A stretch of DNA of 33,098 nt. It comes from a virus. The position numbers were made by a program, and so were the translations under genes. Under the pieces are notes generated by a model. That model made no database searches. It had not been told where the DNA came from and saw only the letters and a program-made list of their open reading frames with translations. Numbering within the stretch: position 1 is the first letter of the stretch; each line of letters begins with the position of its first letter. Below are positions 30,215 through 33,098 of this stretch, piece after piece. The stretch is from the IMG/VR virus record IMGVR_UViG_3300047159_000020, positions 1 to 33,098 of that record. One strand, written 5' to 3'.

Positions 30215-30487
30215 TCATTCCTCGCATCTGCGCTGCCACTGAGCGCGTGACCGGCGGTTAAATTCGGCAATGATCTGCTCTGCCAGTTCATGCGGAACAA
30301 GGTCTTTTATCACCCTGGCGGCAAGGATCGAGTCGCCGAAACCTCTGGCAGCCTCGAAAATTGTTGCCGCCATCTTTGGCGGGTTCCGGCGCTCGTGGCA
30401 ATGGCCGTGAGCGTGCCCGCCGTCACCGTCCGAGACGAACAGATTCTGATCGTCTATCGGCTTCCCGCAAATGCTGCAATCGTTCAT
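30215..30487 (-). CDS. Putative zinc-binding protein (90 aa)
   Basis: MNDCSICGKPID...GHAHGHCHERR (CxxC plus a His/Cys cluster). Preceded by the conserved RBS cassette. Confidence 0.5.
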   Translation of the reverse strand: MNDCSICGKPIDDQNLFVSDGDGGHAHGHCHERRNPPKMAATIFEAARGFGDSILAARVIKDLVPHELAEQIIAEFNRRSRAQWQRRCEE

Positions 30488-30510
30488 TTCATCACCTTTG
30501 CAATTGACCG

Positions 30511-30720
30511 TTAGGAATTCGGTTTGACAAGATCAACATTGGCCCGCATTCGTGCGCCGCCGCGCTCGTCAGCATAGTCGAGCGCAAAAGTTACTTTTCG
30601 CACCTTCCAGACTTTTTTTCTGATGCTTATCATGTCTCCGGTTTGCGGAACCATTGACGAAAGCGCATGGGCTATCGCCGTATCCCCGTCGTAAAACTCT
30701 ATTGTGTCGTTGTTGGCCAT
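30511..30720 (-). CDS. Hypothetical protein (69 aa)
   Basis: GAGAGG SD. MANNDTIEFYDGDTAIAHAL... Confidence 0.5.
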   Translation of the reverse strand: MANNDTIEFYDGDTAIAHALSSMVPQTGDMISIRKKVWKVRKVTFALDYADERGGARMRANVDLVKPNS

Positions 30721-30725
30721 TCCTA

Positions 30726-30836
30726 TACCTCTCGTCATGTGCTGCTGTTAGTAGTCATCACGCTCTACCAGTAATTCGCGCTGACCAGTATCTCGGCGCT
30801 GCAATTGTGCTTTTCGCACACAGCTTTCGCCCACTC
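30726..30836. repeat. ~110-bp repeated gene junction, copy A
   Basis: 30726-30751 is identical to 31580-31605 (26/26). 30765-30836 matches 31616-31687 at 70/72. The middle 10-13 nt differ. Confidence 0.85.
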
Positions 30837-30985
30837 GTTCCGCTGCCGTTGTGGTGCATTTCGGCGCCTCTATTTATGGCCTCGTTGATGGCCTCATCAA
30901 GCGACTCGGCATCCACGTCCGTATAGGCGCTACCGTTTGTCCGTCGAGCGGCGACCAGCAACCATCCGCCGGCGAGTATACGCAA
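30758..30985 (-). CDS. Hypothetical protein (75 aa); the 3' part is probably frame-shifted relative to its paralogue
   Basis: The DNA of the last ~25 codons is 97% identical to the 3' end of gene 31616-31972 but is read in a different frame. The paralogous frame (NEWAKAVCEKHNCSAEILVSANYW*) is open for only ~33 codons. Confidence 0.35.
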   Translation of the reverse strand: MRILAGGWLLVAARRTNGSAYTDVDAESLDEAINEAINRGAEMHHNGSGTSGRKLCAKSTIAAPRYWSARITGRA

Positions 30986-31319
30986 CGCCAGGAGGCAAGA
31001 TCACATAGCCAGGCCACGCAAGAAGCCTGCGATCAGGCGGCCCGGTTCGACGATCCGCTACTTGCGGATCGGAACGGCTGCCGGTAGTCGCGGAATCTTC
31101 ATTGGCGCAGAATAGCCGATCCATTTCCGCGTGCTGCGAGCTTTTGAAGTTCAGCGGGTTCGAGTCTTCCCATTCGCCAATGTCGCGCACATCTACTGAC
31201 AGCACGGACGGCGAAATGCAGCGGTTCGGATACTTTGCCTCTTCAATCGTGCGCCTCACACCGCACGGACCAAGGTCGTCGAAATCGACAACGGCCAGAA
31301 CAATTTTCATCACGTTCAT
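30930..31319 (-). CDS. Hypothetical protein (129 aa); 3' end uncertain
   Basis: MNVMKIVLAVVDFDDLGP..., preceded by the conserved RBS cassette. The C-terminal ~55 codons read through repeat copy 2. Confidence 0.45.
   Translation of the reverse strand: MNVMKIVLAVVDFDDLGPCGVRRTIEEAKYPNRCISPSVLSVDVRDIGEWEDSNPLNFKSSQHAEMDRLFCANEDSATTGSRSDPQVADRRTGPPDRRLLAWPGYVILPPGVAYTRRRMVAGRRSTDKR
31027..31091. repeat. 65-bp hairpin-forming direct repeat, copy 2
   Basis: Identical to 29460-29524 at 65/65. Degenerate similarity extends ~20 nt upstream (agccaRgccac). Confidence 0.9.
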
Positions 31320-31342
31320 TTTATCGCCTTTGCAATTTGCTG

Positions 31343-31573
31343 TTAGCACGCTACCCATTCGGCCATTCCTACAAGTTCCATTTCTTCCCATTTTGCTCGG
31401 TAGTAGGCTTGCCCTCCTGGTTTTCCGTCTGAGCCAAGTCCCTGAATATATCCTTGAGCCCCAAACACTTTTTGCTCAGTCACAACCATGAAGCAGGCTG
31501 AGAACATCTTGTTCACAACGGTTTCCGGGTTCAATTGAACAAGTTGGCCATTTTTCAACTCTTGCTTTTCCAT
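31343..31573 (-). CDS. Hypothetical protein (76 aa)
   Basis: GAGAGG SD. MEKQELKNGQLVQLNPETVV... Confidence 0.5.
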   Translation of the reverse strand: MEKQELKNGQLVQLNPETVVNKMFSACFMVVTEQKVFGAQGYIQGLGSDGKPGGQAYYRAKWEEMELVGMAEWVAC

Positions 31574-31579
31574 TCTATC

Positions 31580-31687
31580 TACCTCTCGTCATGTGCTGCT
31601 GTTAGGAATCCGCCGCTACCAGTAATTCGCGCTGACAAGTATCTCGGCGCTGCAATTGTGCTTTTCGCACACCGCTTTCGCCCACTC
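31580..31687. repeat. ~110-bp repeated gene junction, copy B
   Basis: See copy A. It spans the 3' end of gene 31616-31972, its stop, and the SD region of gene 31343-31573. Confidence 0.85.
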
Positions 31688-31972
31688 ATCTAGTGCAACC
31701 TTTTGCGCCTCAAGGTCGGCCCACTTGATCGTTTCGCCGTATCCGTAAGTCACCAGAGAGAGGACGTAGATCGTTCCTTCTGGCAGACCAAGCTGATTGC
31801 TTTCGTCATAGTCATCTTCCATAACTCCGTGCTGGTGGTAGTTTTTATCGCCAATCTTGAACGATCCATCGCTATCAATTCCAGCATCTTCCTCAACTGC
31901 CGGCCCGCCTTCCTCGCCCATCTTGCGCGCAGATTCGATGCTCGGCGCCATCTCTTTCTTCGTCATCGCCAT
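31616..31972 (-). CDS. Hypothetical acidic protein (118 aa)
   Basis: GAGG SD. MAMTKKEMAPSIESARKMGEEGG... Confidence 0.55.
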   Translation of the reverse strand: MAMTKKEMAPSIESARKMGEEGGPAVEEDAGIDSDGSFKIGDKNYHQHGVMEDDYDESNQLGLPEGTIYVLSLVTYGYGETIKWADLEAQKVALDEWAKAVCEKHNCSAEILVSANYW

Positions 31973-31990
31973 GTCACTAACCTCAAAAAA

Positions 31991-32512
31991 TCAGACCGAC
32001 CACACAACCGTATGCGTTCTCGTGCTCGTTTTCGCGTTCCAATACTCAATACCGCCAGCGAGCGTTCTGCGGTGAAAAACGCCGAATTTGCCCTCGGTCA
32101 CGTCTTCCTTGGTGGCTTCCAGCTTTATAACGTCCGCCTTGTTGCGCCCGGCGATAAGCTGCGCTCGTCTTGCCGCTTTATCTCGTCTAACGCCAAGGTA
32201 TCCAGCAAAAGTCCGAAGGTGGCCGCCCTCCATGTTAAGCCTCTCAGCAAGCTCATTTGTGTCGCACGTGGAATATTCTTTACGGATAATGTCCTTCTCG
32301 GCTTCAGTAAGAAAGCGCGGAGTCTTTCCCCTTCTCTGAAGCTCGCCGGATTTAACAAGGCGTGATATTTTGTGGTATGTGGTATCAAGCGATACACCAA
32401 TCTCTTGAGCAATTAGCTTGGTGTTTTTCCCTGCATTATATCCCGCAATGACAATGTGTATTTTGTCCGTCCAGTCAATCGCCGGGCGATTTTGTTTTGC
32501 TTTTGGTGTCAC
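31991..32512 (-). CDS. HTH-containing DNA-binding protein (173 aa), A/T-richer
   Basis: GGAG SD plus GTG start. Two HTH-like segments: NTKLIAQEIGVSLDTTYHKISRL and DTNELAERLNMEGGHLRTFAGYLGV. Confidence 0.5.
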   Translation of the reverse strand: MTPKAKQNRPAIDWTDKIHIVIAGYNAGKNTKLIAQEIGVSLDTTYHKISRLVKSGELQRRGKTPRFLTEAEKDIIRKEYSTCDTNELAERLNMEGGHLRTFAGYLGVRRDKAARRAQLIAGRNKADVIKLEATKEDVTEGKFGVFHRRTLAGGIEYWNAKTSTRTHTVVWSV

Positions 32513-32523
32513 TGTCTTCGCTC

Positions 32524-32985
32524 CTAGAACGGGATATCGTCATCCATGTCTTCAAACGATGGTCGCTTCTTTGCCGCAGCCTGGCCGGCGCTGGCCGGTG
32601 CTGGCCGGCTTTCCTGCTGTTGCCTTGGTGCGATCTCGCCGCCGATATCCTGCCGGCCGCCAAGCATCTTCATCTCGTTGCCGGTAATTTCTGTCGTGTA
32701 GCGTTCGATGCCGTCTTTGTCGGCCCATTTGCGCGTCGTCAGCTTCCCCTCGACATATACAGACGATCCCTTCTTCAGATATTTGCCGGCAATCTCCGCA
32801 AGCTGGCGGAAGAAAACGACGCGATGCCACTCCGTTGCTTCCTTCTTCTCTCCGGTCGATTTGTCTTTCCACTGCTCCGACGTAGCAACCTTGATATTGC
32901 AAACCGCGTCGCCGTTCGGCAGGTAGCGCATTTCCGGGTCGGCGCCCATGTTGCCAATGAGTTGGACTTTATTCAAACTTGCCAT
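32524..32985 (-). CDS. ssb: Single-stranded DNA-binding protein
   Basis: [42 protein letters not shown]...[10 protein letters not shown]-fold, ending in the acidic tip DDDIPF. AGGAAG SD before the ATG at 32985. Confidence 0.9.
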   Translation of the reverse strand: MASLNKVQLIGNMGADPEMRYLPNGDAVCNIKVATSEQWKDKSTGEKKEATEWHRVVFFRQLAEIAGKYLKKGSSVYVEGKLTTRKWADKDGIERYTTEITGNEMKMLGGRQDIGGEIAPRQQQESRPAPASAGQAAAKKRPSFEDMDDDIPF

Positions 32986-33063
32986 CTTGTGCTTCCTTTG
33001 TTGTTGGTGTTGGGTGGGGCGACCGGTGCTGATCCCCGGCATGGCCAGCCGCTTGCAACGGCT

Positions 33064-33098
33064 GCGCATCAGCCTGCGCATTCGCCCCGTTGATCGTT
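33064..33098. repeat. Terminal overlap, copy 2
   Basis: Identical to 1-35. Confidence 0.9.

Noticed and set aside
30851-31087. Plus-strand 78-aa ORF ending in the same CDQAARFDDPLLADRNGCR* as the secreted protein
   Set aside because: Only the last ~25 codons (the repeat and its degenerate upstream extension) look like coding sequence. The rest is antisense to better-supported leftward genes and has no SD. I interpret it as a remnant 3' gene end carried with repeat copy 2.
29460-31091. The 65-bp direct repeats as attL/attR of an integrated cassette
   Set aside because: There is no integrase, recombinase or transposase in or near the bracketed block. The repeat is itself a hairpin, and one copy is the 3' end of a gene. 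I kept it as a structured junction or recombination scar instead.

Overview
The window is one complete phage genome that closes on itself. Its first 35 nt are identical to its last 35 nt, so the unique length is about 33,063 bp. The layout is lambdoid with a P22-like (podovirus-type) morphogenesis module, and the sequence is GC-rich by eye.

**Control region.** Back-to-back sigma70-type promoters lie at about 4.68-4.79 kb.

**Leftward early operon (4206 down to 34, continuing across the window edge to 32985 and on to 29336).** It encodes coiled-coil and unknown proteins, a RecT-family annealase, a YqaJ-type exonuclease, SSB and about ten small unknown genes.

**Rightward early operon (4792-10260).** It encodes:
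- a Cro/YdaS-like HTH protein;
- a PD-(D/E)XK nuclease;
- an O-like initiator with 8 internal iterons, and a lambda-P-like loader;
- an Acb2-like small protein;
- a frameshifted H-NS-like gene;
- a Q-like antiterminator.

**Antisense cassette (10261-11584).** This is an autonomous five-gene unit with its own promoter, operator and terminator. I rank it the best candidate for an undescribed system.

**Late operon (11.6-29.5 kb).** Gene order is TerS, a disrupted TerL, a mini-GNAT, a P22-like portal, scaffold, coat, an A/T-richer fibre-like gene plus a DUF4376-like pair, a gp4-like adaptor, a split/duplicated gp10-like hub, three ejection-type proteins, a tail fibre and two envelope proteins.

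**Other notable points.**
- A 550-bp ORF-free structured region separates the leftward promoter from its first gene.
- A 65-bp perfect hairpin-forming direct repeat brackets a 1.5-kb early-gene block, and short repeated gene-junction sequences occur in the same region.
- A 54-aa antisense membrane ORF was missed by the ORF track.
- Several genes have reading-frame breaks, and TerL has at least four.
- I recognise no integrase, CI-type repressor, endolysin, tRNA, CRISPR array or reverse transcriptase.

All family assignments come from reading motifs by eye and still need database confirmation.
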